From Octopus bimaculoides (Eukaryota), in NCBI RefSeq assembly GCF_001194135.2, contig NC_068990.1, positions 11,708,204 to 11,742,938 of the forward strand: a stretch of DNA of 34,735 bases. Reading direction: 5' to 3'. How positions within the stretch are numbered: position 1 is the stretch's first letter; the number at the start of each line of letters is the position of its first letter. Below the pieces are notes generated by a model, which searched no databases, was not told the origin of the DNA, and was given only the letters and a program-made list of their open reading frames with translations. Both the position numbers and the translations under genes were made by a program. This document shows positions 1 to 12,651 of this stretch, piece after piece.

Positions 1-235
1 GGAAGGATGTCGCAAGAAAGTTGTGTATGCAAGGGGCCATGCCAACACGGTCGGACCGGGCATAGAAGGAAAAGAAAAAGGAAAAAAAATATCAACCGGC
101 GGGTTAGTGGGACACCCCCCAACCCAAAAGTAATCCAATTTTTAAAAACAATATCATCACATTATAATATATTATTCTCATGTTAAAATCATTCGTTAAA
201 TCATCTGTAAAAAGGCTCAACGATCTATATGTTCC

Positions 236-266
236 CCCTTGTCTGTCCTAGTTCGTCCCCTCTATG
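236..266 (+). repeat. Short fragment of SINE 3' region
   Basis: cccttgtctgtcctagttcgtcccctctatg is the near reverse complement of catagaggggacaaacaaggacagacaagg in the SINE copy at about 31360-31390. Confidence 0.5.
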
Positions 267-575
267 TATCCTATTTATTAGGAAATAAAAGAAAATCAAT
301 CAGGTTTCCTCGTTAAGTTAGATGATGTTGCCTTTTCCCCTTTACTAGCTAATCACACTTTCGTTATATATGTTTCCTTTACCTTATCTACAGATATTAT
401 CTCCCCAATTGACGTTTTATGCCTTAAATTTGACAGATATTTGTTGCTATTTGATGTGTTTTATTATAAAACCTTGACAATTTCCTTTGTACTAAATGTT
501 TCTTAAACGGACAGATTTTTATACTTTTCTTATCTTATGCATTTTTAAATTTAAGATACGTTTTTTGAAGTTACT

Positions 576-681
576 GGACCTGAAGAGTGTCCTTATATTG
601 AGTGGTATTTATCTTGTTTGATTCGTTGTAGATTGACCAGATATTTTCCACTGTTATGTGACCATGAAACGCACGTAGTCT
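576..681 (+). ncRNA. Candidate type I hammerhead ribozyme with long stem II, Penelope-like terminal-repeat style
   Basis: ggac-CTGAAGA (580-586) ... GAAA (666-669)-CGCAC-GTA (675-677)-gtct. Stem I ggac/gtct is 4 bp with one G-U. Stem II contains agtgg/ccact and tatct/agata. Preceded by a T-rich stretch. Confidence 0.3.
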
Positions 682-951
682 TTCTCCCACTTTCGTTTCT
701 CAAACGCAACCGATTTTAATTCTTAGTCCAATATTTCATAAATTTTGTGTTATAAATTCTCCCTTGGACTTTTTAGATTTTGAAACTAGTTTTGTAATAG
801 TACAATTCTCTTGATGGTGTCTAATCTCCTTCTTCGTGCGAGTTGCACCATGGTGGCTCTTTAAATTATTAAAATAATTTTCAATATACAACTCAATTTG
901 ATAGTATCAAATTGTATATCCTTTCAAGTTCGGATTTTGTAAATCCCTAAC

Positions 952-1002
<51 letters not shown>

Positions 1003-1006
1003 TACA

Positions 1007-1215
1007 NNNNNNNNNNNNNNNNNNNNNNNNNNNNNNNNNNNNNNNNNNNNNNNNNNNNNNNNNNNNNNNNNNNNNNNNNNNNNNNNNNNNNNNNNNNNNN
1101 NNNNNNNNNNNNNNNNNNNNNNNNNNNNNNNNNNNNNNNNNNNNNNNNNNNNNNNNNNNNNNNNNNNNNNNNNNNNNNNNNNNNNNNNNNNNNNNNNNNN
1201 NNNNNNNNNNNNNNN
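1007..1215. other. Assembly gap (N run) following a (TA)n microsatellite
   Basis: Run of N. Confidence 0.99.
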
Positions 1216-1276
1216 TAGAGTTGGCCATGCCCCATATATAACTAAACGACTTCACCAGGTGGTGCTATTAAAGTAG

Positions 1277-1342
1277 ATATGGCTGGGACATACTGGCCGA
1301 AACCTATCAAAGTTATATATAAATTTACATGTACATGATAAA
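1277..1342 (+). other. Possible exon (IWLGHTGRNLSKLYINLHVHDK)
   Basis: Ends at donor AAA|gtaag, in phase with 1439-1515 across a 96-nt intron. The acceptor is weak and an in-frame TAG lies immediately upstream. Confidence 0.2.
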
Positions 1343-1438
1343 GTAAGAATTTATTACCAATGTACTGTACATGCTTTTTTTTCCATATCAAAATTATATG
1401 GAATTTTGAGTAGCTGTTATTTTCCATATACTTCACAG

Positions 1439-1515
1439 TTAGTAATTAATGCTGCTAGGAATACAGATAAAGATCCCAAATTTATAAGGAGTGGAACAAT
1501 TAGAATGTATGCTAC
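1439..1515 (+). other. Possible exon (LVINAARNTDKDPKFIRSGTIRMYA)
   Basis: Pyrimidine-rich acceptor ttttccatatacttcacag| and donor |gtaagt; only frame 0 is open; product not recognised. Confidence 0.3.
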
Positions 1516-1744
1516 GTAAGTTTCTTAACTAGCCAAAGTTCATTGTGTAAATCCTACACTACGAATTCTCCTTGGCATAGCTAGTCATCAGACAAAAATC
1601 ACCACAATGGAGTTTATATTACCACAAGTAGTAAACGAAGAGTCACAAAGCTAGCCACCAAATTTGGAGAGTTCATTACATAATGGACTTCAGCTAGTTA
1701 AACATATGTAGCCTATATTCTATATTCCAATCCTTATAAATTTT

Positions 1745-1782
<38 letters not shown>

Positions 1783-3009
1783 ATATCCAAAATTGGAAAT
1801 ATCAGTTTTACATATTAAACACATTCCTGGCAGCTGGTATGTACATATTAAAGACTTGTAGAACACCATATTTCGTTATGCAACCATGACATACTACAAA
1901 GTATATTAAATCCTTTTAAGTTAAAACTGTGTCAGCTGAGCTATTAAATCACTTGCTAAGGTTATCTCTGCAGATTTTCTATAGAAATTATGGCCAACAC
2001 AGATTTTAATATTATATGTAGCAGCTGCTAACAATGTATTTAATATTTAAAATTGGCATATCCAATAGTGTAACACTGCTATATTTAGTGACTATTTAAG
2101 TAAAGAGTTTGTGGGTGTTTAATGGGCTGGATATGATGTTGATGAAGGAACAAGAACTCCTGAAATATGGCATGTACATCCATTACCTATTTTCCATCTT
2201 CAATCGCATTGTTGTTTACATTAGACGTATTAAAAAATTAAGACACTCATCTTCTCTGATTACATAAACCACAATCAATACAGGTGCTATAGAACAAAAT
2301 ATAGTCCGGAATGGGTGGAATCGTGCAATTTGACAAAAGAAATTTATTCATGTGTTTACACTTGCAAAAATTTCATATATTTGATAGTGCAGCCCTCTGC
2401 TAAACCCATTTCATTTCTTGCTGGGTTTTAAAATCCACTAGTGCAAATGTGCTATCTTTAAGATAGATGTTATATAATGTTTTGATATCATTGTATCATA
2501 TGCTCTTGTATATTATATGCATAAGTATACATATGGTATCATGTGAGGAAAGTGTTGGAATGACATGAACATATAGGAAGCTCAAATGCCAATAATGGAG
2601 AAAGTAAAATAGAGTTGCAAGATGAAATGCAATTATGTTAAAAGAATATGCATTCGTAAAGCAATGAAAAATTACTACCTAAATACTGCCAATAAAATTT
2701 TAGCACACACACACATACTTCGATGCATTTTAATACAGTTAGTATTCGTTACTAAACACAGTACTATTGGAAATACCGGAATCCTATCTACATCTATGTG
2801 TAGTGAAAAACTGAGCCCATTTCATTCACATTGTCACCCTTTTGATGCAAATTGAACGAAAGAAGCCTATTGTTTGTTTATATATAACATGCAGTTATAT
2901 AATCAAATATTGTTACATACAAAATGAAAGTGAAGTGAAGCATACCGAGACGTAGGTACTTAATAACAATGTAATCTTAGTATTACTCATGTTAAAGCGA
3001 AGAGCATAC

Positions 3010-3629
3010 CTACACAAATGTGCCCCACTAAATTTGCTTCTTCATAACGTCCAGAAAAATGGATATCTTCCGACGAAATTTTCAACGAATACACTTCAGA
3101 TAGTATAAATTTCTAATATTTCTGAATTTGTTGAGAAAAATTTTTTCCAGGAGTCGGGGGAGCAGTTTTGGAAAATTCACACGAGTCAGCCTTGTTTCTT
3201 CATAACCGTCAGAAAATGGGAACTTTAAAATGAAAATTTCTACAAATGCATTTCAGACTGTAAATTACGATTATACTGGAGTTTGATGTGGAAAGAAATA
3301 TGGTGAGTGCACACACATACATATTAACCTATCACATTTTTTTTTCCATTTTGTTGATATATCTTAATCTACACACTCTGGTAAGTATTTGTAGAAAATT
3401 TTATTTAAAAAATTGCTGTTTTCTGAAAGTTATTAGGAAATAAATGTGATCCATATGAATTTTCCAAAACTTTTCGTGCCACTCATAGGAAAATGTTTCA
3501 CAGAAAATTTCAATGTAATCGGAATCTATACCATTTGAAGCAAATTTGTAGGAAATTTCATTAAAAAATTTCCATTTTTCTGGAAGCAACGAGGAAGCAA
3601 ATTCGTTGTATGGGGACACACATGTGTAG
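3010..3629. mobile_element. Non-autonomous DNA transposon (MITE-like) with long degenerate TIRs and internally repeated subunits
   Basis: Left end ctacacaaatgtgcccca..aatttgcttcttcat..tccagaaaaatgga matches the reverse complement of right end tccatttttctgga..gaggaagcaaatt..tggggacacacatgtgtag over more than 100 bp. The left-arm motif recurs at about 3195-3270. Confidence 0.7.
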
Positions 3630-4090
3630 ATATACTGAGCAATGAAATATTCCTTTGTATAATAGGCACAAGGCCTGAAATTTCGGGTGAAAGGGAAATG
3701 AAATATTAATTCATAGTAGAATGCCAATAAAACATGGAACAAATGAAACTGTAAAATTTAAAGCAGACATCTATAAAATGAAGTATTGTAAAGCAGTTAA
3801 CAGAGCGTGCATTTAATATTAAAAAACAATGATGAATGAATGAAGACTATTAACTGAAAAAGACAATGAAATAGAAGTTATAGAGATATTCAAACATGCA
3901 ATGTTTTGTCAATTATAAATTCAAATAACAGGTTATTTGAGTTTGTACATGAACATAAACTGTAGTCCAGTCACGAACACTTTGCTTCAGTGGGGCTAGA
4001 ATAAAAGAAGTCGCTGTATATCATTGCACAAGCATTACCAAAAGTCCATAAGAAACATATATATTTTTTAAATTATATCAAAGATATATA

Positions 4091-5483
4091 CTGTAAAAAC
4101 CCATGTAATTTGCGCACCTGTGTAATTTATGCAGGTGATTTTCAGGATAAAAATTTAAAAAAAGCTTCTACTCGTGTATAATTTGCACCCAGAAGTTTTC
4201 AGCATTGCCAATATGGCCAGAGGAAAAAGGTTTTCGATTTAGTTGTATTTAGCCTAATTTCACTTACTTGTAATTAAATTTTATTAAATTTTCTTTAAAT
4301 AAAAATTTCTGTTTAACAGGTAACACATCGAAAGCTATTAAATTACGACGTGCTTGTGTTTGTAATAAACTTTATTTTATATGTCTTGTCCACAAGAGAA
4401 TATGTCAGATCTTTAGCATACTTCTGTATGTCTTTTCAAATTACGATCACAGAAAAAGTTGTTGATAATTCTTATCTACAAAAACAAAGCTGATAAATAT
4501 GCACAAGTGTTGCAAAATAAGTTTAATTACCAATAAACATCAACTTGGATGACACTTTACTCAACTGACAGAGGAAGGTGATCGATCAAACTGATTATGT
4601 AAACAGAATTCTGATTGGTCGATAGTGTCTTCTTGTCTCAAGCTCTGATTTCCTGTCTATTGTCAGAACCTTTGATAGGGAGTATCGATATTTTAATCCC
4701 TTTCACACTTATAAAATGTCAAGCAAAGCTGAAAATTTATCATTACTGTTTTAGCCAGGAGACCAAACTGATAGTTTAGTAACCTACTAAAATAGACATT
4801 AAAAATATAAAGGAGAAAATAAACATCTTTTCAAGTTTGACTCAGTGTTTACTGAACAAGAGAGGCGTGAAATTTAAGAAGCAACTTGTTAGAATATACA
4901 CGTCTGAGAGGAGACATAACCAAGAATAGCAAAAATCTACTATACCAAAAGAACTGGTAATACATACATTACAAGTGTTCTATGAGGAGAACCTAAGATT
5001 GTTGCATAATAGAACATGAATGTGAAACGACATTAAACATCATATAAGGTAAATGAAGGCTTCTGTAGGAACACTAAGTTGTATTCACTTAGTGAGTTTA
5101 CATGCACAAGGATGAATTATAATGTTGTCATCGGTATTAGATGCCGTAAAATTTGGCCTGGACTGTGATTACCAACATGGACGTCAAACTTCAAAAACTA
5201 GTTAACCATTTAATGGTCTTAGTAAATTTATACAGAAAAAGTAAGCATTATACTGTTCAGCATAAATAAGTCAACTTCATTATATTTTTTTCTGTAAAAA
5301 CCTATTCTGAAATTAAATGAATTAACTTTCGGTATGAATGTTTATATTTGTACATCCTTTTTCAACAAAAAAAAAATTCTAAAATTCTGGAAACGATCTA
5401 CTCATTTAATTTACGCACCCCTAAAGTTTAGTTTTGCTTTTGCAAAAAATAGGTGCGTAAGTTACATGGTTTTTTTTTAATAG
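4091..5483. mobile_element. Non-autonomous Tc1/mariner (pogo/Tigger-like) DNA transposon
   Basis: TIR ctgtaaaaacccatgtaatttgcgcacct versus aggtgcgtaagttacatggtttttttttaatag; TA flanks on both sides; no intact transposase ORF. Confidence 0.7.
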
Positions 5484-5639
5484 TATATATAAGCACACAC
5501 AATTATTGATATATATAGATATTATAATTATATCATACTTTAGCTTGTCAACACCTGGCATAGAGACTCCTTCCTCAACTTTGCACCCTCACTCCACCAG
5601 GGTATCTTGTCTTGAGAGTTCCTTGGTGACCTCACATTG

Positions 5640-5770
5640 AAGGCCAATGCAGCCTTCTGGTTCTTCAGATCCTGCCAAACTGTCCAACTCATGCCAGCAT
5701 GGAACACAGACATTAAACAGTCACGATCATAACAAGGATGCAGATGACAATGACGATGATGATGAGGAGG
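5640..5770 (+). mobile_element. Degenerate RTE-type LINE/SINE 3' tail
   Basis: ccaactcatgccagcatggaacacagacattaaa followed by (GAT)n, same tail as 6762-6856. Confidence 0.65.
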
Positions 5771-6308
5771 AGGAGGGCTACATTTTCCTATTAGTGTTTC
5801 ATCATTTATATTTTTAAAGACGGCAAGATGTGATATGAGTGATGGCCAGATGGTATTTCTTACAGCTTGAACATCTATGTAGTGGCATCTCATATTGGCA
5901 ATGCATAGATTCATACGCTTATATATCTGTATGTGTTGCAACAATTTTATATACTTACTAATGGAGTTTATCTAATTATATATTTGTTCTTACATTATTT
6001 ATAATTTATTGAATAAGAAGTTTGAGAGCCTACATAGAGTAATGGTTTGTGTATTCATTCAATGTCTGAGTACATCTATACATCTACATACAAGCATGGT
6101 AAATTTCTTAATTGGTGACAAATGACAACCAAAGTCTTTGAAACATAGTGCATTACGAATCATGTGAGATGAGGTTAACTGTCTAATATATTATTCTAGT
6201 ATTAATAGACTACAAATTCTGATTAATGAAGCAATTGTTTAAACCTTTTCGTATTAATCTACCTGAGAGAGTACCTTTTGTTATTACAAACTGATTATTA
6301 TGTTAAAG

Positions 6309-6350
<42 letters not shown>

Positions 6351-6506
6351 TATATATACATATTTAAAATTATAATCTTCCATCATGATTTCATGTTAGA
6401 GCATTGTTATTATGTTCCAGGCACCAAATTTATTAGGAAAAAATCGGATAGTTTGTGCGATACTTCTAAACGCATGAATATTCTTCAGTTAAGAACCTGA
6501 GATTCT

Positions 6507-6735
6507 CAGCAGGGCCATGAAAGATCCATGCTAGGAATATTATTGTGAGAGAATATCCAAAATGCAGTAAGTCAAGAATGGAATTGAGTGAATGACATAA
6601 TTGCAGAATATCAAAAGCACAAGTTTTGCTGGGCTGGACAAGTCACAGGGTTTACACACAACAGGTTAACCTCTGCATGTTGCTTAATGGCATCCAAGAA
6701 ATCAGATAAAAGGCTATCATGATGATGGGAAGAGG
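6507..6735 (+). mobile_element. Decayed RTE-clade LINE ORF C-terminal fragment
   Basis: Translates HERSMLGILL*ENIQN..*VNDIIAEYQKHKFCWAGQVTGFTHNRLT, matching the RTE post-RT pattern (ERSMLGI...DII...K..WAGH); contains in-frame stops. Confidence 0.75.
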
Positions 6736-6761
6736 ATTTAGAAACTTTTCCAGATCAGATG

Positions 6762-6856
6762 GGAGCCTGGTGCAGCCATCCAGTTCGTCAGTCCTCAGTC
6801 AAATTGTCCAACCCATGCTAGCATGGAAAGCGGACGTTAAACGATGATGATGATGA
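6762..6856 (+). mobile_element. RTE-type 3' tail / SINE end
   Basis: gtccaacccatgctagcatggaaagcggacgttaaacgatgatgatg; near-identical inverted copy at 16487-16615. Confidence 0.8.
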
Positions 6857-9800
6857 ATTTGGGCCAAGATGGAAAAGAATGGTGGAATCAAGAAAAAATT
6901 GGAAGTGCATTGGGACCAGCGGTGTAAAACATTTGATAATCAAGTTGATACAGGAATTAAAACCAAGTGTTATAAATTTCATTAGAAATAGCAACAAATA
7001 AAGTATTCCTACCTTCCTCTTCAGTTGCTTCTTTATGTCGCAAGTCCATTTCACAGCATCTGATTTTTAACTGTCTCTGAAATAACAGCTGTAATATGAA
7101 TAATATCTTCACAACCACAGTCCCACCTTTCTTAGAAGTAAAATAGAAAGTTGAGATATTTATACATTCTGAAAATGTATTACTGATTCTAAAAAATGTC
7201 TTACTGATGGAGTGGAAACTGGTTTCAATAGAAATTCAAAATTAGATCCTCAACCTCATATATTCTGTGTATATTCAGCACCAGAGAGAGATATAAATAG
7301 ATATTGATTTTTATTTATTTATTTATTTTTTGCATAGGCATTGGTACTGCATTTAGAAGGAACAGGATAGGAAATGAGTCTGTGACATTTATTCTTTTCT
7401 CAAAACCTTTTAGGGTGTAAATAAAGAAAAACTGACTATAGTTAGTCTGAAATGAAAATGTGGTCGACTTGATTTATGGGAAGAGAAAGAATGTAATAGC
7501 ATTGAGTCACTTTAGCAGATATAGAAATAGGATTAGTTAATTTCGAAAATGAGTTGTAACAGAGCAAAAAGATGATCTACAATTTCACAAACTGTTTTCC
7601 CCTATAAGGAAATAATGTATATCTATTAGCAATTGTCCCTCTTCAATCAAAACTTGCGTGTCTATTAGCAATTGTTCCTCATCAATCACGATTTGTAAAT
7701 CATTTATTTAAGTGTTTTACCATATTCAACAATGTTTATTTTCAGCCAAGTGATCTGTTGTGCAGTTACGTGACCTGGTAAGAATAGTAGCTAATTCTGT
7801 TCTAAATACACTGTCTGAAATTAATGACAGGATTATCAAGGCTGAAATACCTTTGATCAGTCAGGAGTAGCTTGGGGCTAACCAACAACAATAATAACAA
7901 TCGTTTGAAAGGATGATAGGTTTAATTGAACAAACAGACAATGATGTTCAGGAGATTTTAAATAAATTGCTGAACTTGTTAACTGCTCTCACCCCTCTAA
8001 TATTAATCACCTTTCATGTAATAATAATCTTCTAAATAAAATTTGGATTTTTGCTCATCTTCTAGATTTTGTAGCGTGAAGTGGGTGAGAAATACACTTC
8101 TTCCTGGATATGAAGCTAGTCTTTTGTAGAGAACTTTACCCATAGAAAGAGTTATACTCCGATAGTAAACCTATCAGTTCTTTATTAGTACAGTCACTCC
8201 TAACAGTTAGAGATACCGATTCACTGTGAGTGCAAATTCTAGGCTATAGAAATAATACAGTGTTACATATAGGCGTACATGCTGACATCTTTTGAACTAG
8301 TTCTGTCAGTTCAGCTCTCTTTGTCATTGTCATTACTCAGCCCTGATAAAAACGGAGCAGTGACCAAAGGTATTCCAGCTGTGAGATGCTATTGGCATCT
8401 TTTTACATATCAAAGACTAAATACATTTTCCAAAGTATCCTTATTTATTTTAACAGTAGGGTATGTATTGCAGGTGGCTTGGCAATTAATTCTAGCAGGA
8501 TGAACACTTGCATAATGGCTCCTTCTTCAGTTCTTTCAGCTATCTTTATCTCTGTATGGCGTAATCCTCTGTTCTAAATAAGGATTTTAATTTGAGAACA
8601 CTAAATCAGAATTAATGTCAAAGTCTCCTAAAAGTTTGGAAAGTTCAAGATTTTATCATTTTTATTTTATTTTCTTCCTTTAATTTATTCTATAGCACAT
8701 GTCACTGAAGAATTTGTGAAAGGAACTAAAAATAAAAAAATCGAGCTGGTATAAAAAAAAAATCAGAACTCACAACATGTGCGAGAAAATTGATTGAGTT
8801 ATATCGGTTCTCATAGCAACAAAATGTCATCTAGGATACCTATTAGAATCTATTTTCTGGCCATTTCGTTTATATCATCCTTATCAATTTATTCAATTGC
8901 ACTGGCAGCAGGAACACCTAGTCAAAACCTTTAACCACTAAGACATGCCCTCATCCATAAATTTCTAGTCTAAATGCTGACATGTCTAATATATTTCTGT
9001 CATCATACACACTACAGAAGCTACACAGCGTATACTGCGTTTTTCTCACAATAGATTTAATATCTAAAGTTAGGGCATCTGCAGCAATGTCTATTATGAA
9101 AGGAGAAAGGAAAAATCAAGATTCAAGCCATGATATTTGACAATTGTGAAACATGAATTCTGAGTTGAATTCTGCAGCATAGCATTTGGAGGAGTATCTT
9201 GGACAGAATTTTGAGTGAAATCAAGTTGAAAAAAAATGCAGAAATCCATGTGTGTGAGTGTTTTTTTTATATGTATGTATTCTCATGCATATAGTTGCAT
9301 AGCTAGATATGCTCATATATATATCTAAATTATAAATTTCTGATGTATGTATGTATGTACACACACATATGCATACACACACACATATATAATAGATAGA
9401 TATCTGCAGCTTATTATATTTTGTTAAACTATCCAAATATAAAGCATGTAAGATATGTTCCATGTAGCAATTCTGTTTTTTAAATAGTTGTGAATAATTT
9501 GAGCAATATTTAGCTTTTGTTTTGTAGCAGATTAAGTGTTGTTGTAACTGTTATTGTTGTATAACCCTAGGTTATTTCTGATTCATCTTAATCAAACCTA
9601 TGATCAAATGTATTTCAATCATACCCATCTCATCTCCTTCTGAAACACATGCATTGTGTCCCTCAATTTATGAAACTGTAAGAAGTAATTTGTGGGAAAT
9701 TTGGTTGTTATCTTCAAGCAAGTTAAATCATTGCAATCTCTTAGTGTAGACATTTTCAACCACTGTACTACAGCTCAATTCTTTGTTACATGTGGCTCAC

Positions 9801-9994
9801 AAGATTTTGAGATAATTTGGTGATGTGCTTTAAAAATACTAAAGTTTTTTAAACTATCTGTACATTTTCTTACTCAACTCCAAGATTATGGTACCCACAT
9901 GGACCACATGTGGCAATGAGGAATTCCAAGAAGCTACTACCATTCTGTAGCATAAGACAAAGTTTAAAAAGTTTGACTCAAGACTAGCAAATTT

Positions 9995-10174
9995 AGGAAT
10001 CGGGAGTAAGTTGATTACATCAATCCCAGCATTTAACTGGAACTTTATTTTATTGACCCAGAAAGAATGACAAGCAAAATCAACTTCAGCAACATTTTAA
10101 CTCAGAATGCAAAGAGAGAAATGCCATCAAACATTTCGTCTGACCTACTAATGTTCTTGCCAGCTCACCTCCTT
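9995..10174 (-). mobile_element. Degenerate tRNA-derived SINE (ggcgagctggcagaa family)
   Basis: Reverse complement gives aaggaggtgagctggcaag..ttctgagttaaaat..aataaaataaagttccag, homologous to 28088-28310. Confidence 0.7.
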
Positions 10175-10319
10175 AAATATAAGATATAATGGAAAAACTT
10201 TGAAACAAGTTGATAGCTTTATATATTTGAGAATTGGCATGGCATTATATGGATAAGATATGAAAGAAATTAATTCAATGATCAAACAGACTGAGGTTGC
10301 TTTCTTGAGTAAATGATGA

Positions 10320-10685
10320 TGGGATGAAAAGTGGATTGTCTACATCATTGTGAAGCCCAAATGATCATGGGGGAAGTGTGGCAAACCACCACAAACAATC
10401 TCCAAAGAAGGACTTCATCTAAAGAATGCTATGCTTCCAGTTGGATGTGGTTGGGAAGGTATTTTCTTTTCTGAGCCTCTTCTCACAAACAGGATCACCA
10501 ATTTGGATGTGTACAGTGACCAGCTGGACAAATTAAACATATCAATCTACCAAAAGCATCCAGCACTTGCTAATCATAAGGGAATTGCCTTTCATCATGA
10601 CAATACTAGAACAGACATTTTTTCACAGACAGGGCAAAAATTACTGGAGATTAGTTGGGAGGTTTTGGCACCCAGTGTCTTTTAG
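10320..10685 (+). pseudogene. Mariner (DD34D) transposase remnant
   Basis: DEKWIVY..*SWGKCGKPPQTISKEGLHLKNAML..GWEGI..DQLDKL..QKHPALANHKGIAFHHDNTR..QKLLEISWEVLAPS; contains the mariner DEKW and HDNA-like motifs; one stop; the PHPPYSPDL segment is missing. Confidence 0.9.
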
Positions 10686-11874
10686 CTGAGGTGTAATTTT
10701 ATAATTAAAACAAATTCAAAATTTAAATTTTGGAACATGAGACTTAACATGTTATCTGGTGTATGGCCAAATTCAAATGGGTAGAAGACATAAAACAAAT
10801 GCTTGTGTGTGCTTGTGGTTTTTAAACAACAAAATTTCTTGCAACAATTTCTTTCTCTTAATCATGACACATGCATCAGTTAAGTACAAAAAACAAATTG
10901 GCATATTAATATTATTGATGAAGTTGATGATACACACATACATATATATAATATAATATAATATTATATATAAATGTGTGTATATATATTATTGACATCA
11001 TACGAAGTTTATAAACATTCAAAAGAACATGAGATAATATTTTGGGGGGGAATATCGCAAAGCATGCTCGTAAAACTATGAATAATAACATGTAAATATT
11101 GGGTTGAAAAATCCCTTTTCATAGAAAAAGTCAAAGCCTTTGAGACATTCCCAAAGGAAGGATTACACACACACACATATATGGAAGCTTTCTAAATGCT
11201 GGAGGGATATAGGATAACTTTCACCACATTATTCAATGTGCCTTAGATAGAAACAGGTTCTAAAGTAAACTATTGCCATAAAGATTCTCTTGACACAGCT
11301 TCAAGGAAAAGCTGAATGGATAAGATTCAGTATTTTGAAATAGTTGAATGTCCTGTGATCTTCTTGTTTTCTATATTTTATGAGTCCTTCATTGCAATCT
11401 TGTGATAAAAAGGTGCTACATCATAACTGATAAGGTTTAATTGGCTGAAACAGATAAACTATGCTATAATTTTTCTTCCTAGCGTTCTCCTTACCATGTA
11501 ACATTTGAATCTTTCTTTCTCTCTCTCTCTTTTTTTAATTTGTAGTTTCTTAAAATTAAGAAGTAGAAGGTTGAATATTGCTCTTGTATCTTCTGCCGTT
11601 AACATACTCCTATGCATCCATACACAGAGAGATAGATGCATATACATGAATGCAGTTTCACAACCATGTAAATATTGATACATATGTGTTCGTGTCTATA
11701 TATATATATATATACGTATGCATATATTTCCCCTCATACACTAACATACACACACACATAATATAATCATTCAACATCTGTCTTAAATATATATTTCTAT
11801 ACTTGTGTGGATTGTGTATTGGATTCTGTATTGTGTGTGTAAGGATGCCTGAGGCTGTCTCTCTATTTACATCC

Positions 11875-11932
<58 letters not shown>

Positions 11933-12373
11933 ATGTAGTTTTTATATTCTTACACACACACAAATATATGCACACACATGAACTATGCTCACAGGCACAC
12001 CTGCACAGGTTCACCTCAAGTTATTTCATTTATCTCTCTTAAGTTAGTACTCATTAAATGATATTTAAATTAATTAATTTCATCTTTAATTCTGACATAT
12101 TCATCAGCACTGTCATATCTAATAATTTACAATTTAATACAAAACACTTGATTTCTATTAATTTTCATTTAAATTAATATTTTTACTATACGTACTTTTA
12201 GCTTCATTTTATTTTATTTTTCATATATTTTTCTGCATGCACTTGGTTTTATAACTCAGATGGTTGGAAACACTTTTTTTTTTCCTTCATTTGATTATTT
12301 TATATGAGTGTGTGTCTATGTATCTGTATGTATGTATGTATCTATCTGCCTACCTAACTTTCTCTCACTTTAT

Positions 12374-12647
12374 ATGTAACATATGGTATAATTATAAACA
12401 GGGCAAATTTTAGCCATTTCTCTGACAGTCTCCTGAGGATAAGCAGCCAAACTGTTCATATACTCAACAAATGCAGCAGTTACTCCATGACGGAGTCCCT
12501 AATTTGCATACCGAAAGTGTTTAACACTATAAATACTAGTGGCCAGTCAATGGCAATCTTAGTCCACATAGTATCAAGGTATATAATAAAAATGTAACTT
12601 ATGGTATAATCATAAACAGGGCAAATTTCAGCCATTTCTCCACAGAC
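12374..12647 (+). repeat. Direct duplication with 218-bp period
   Basis: atgtaac(a/t)tatggtataat(t/c)ataaacagggcaaattt(t/c)agccatttctc at 12374 and 12592; a further homologue of 12417-12508 at about 13097-13188. Confidence 0.8.
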
Positions 12648-12651
12648 TGAA

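Noticed and set aside
12421-12460. ctgacagtctcCTGAGGA..caaactgt hammerhead-like motif
   Set aside because: GAAA is absent and the pairing register is incompatible with the core
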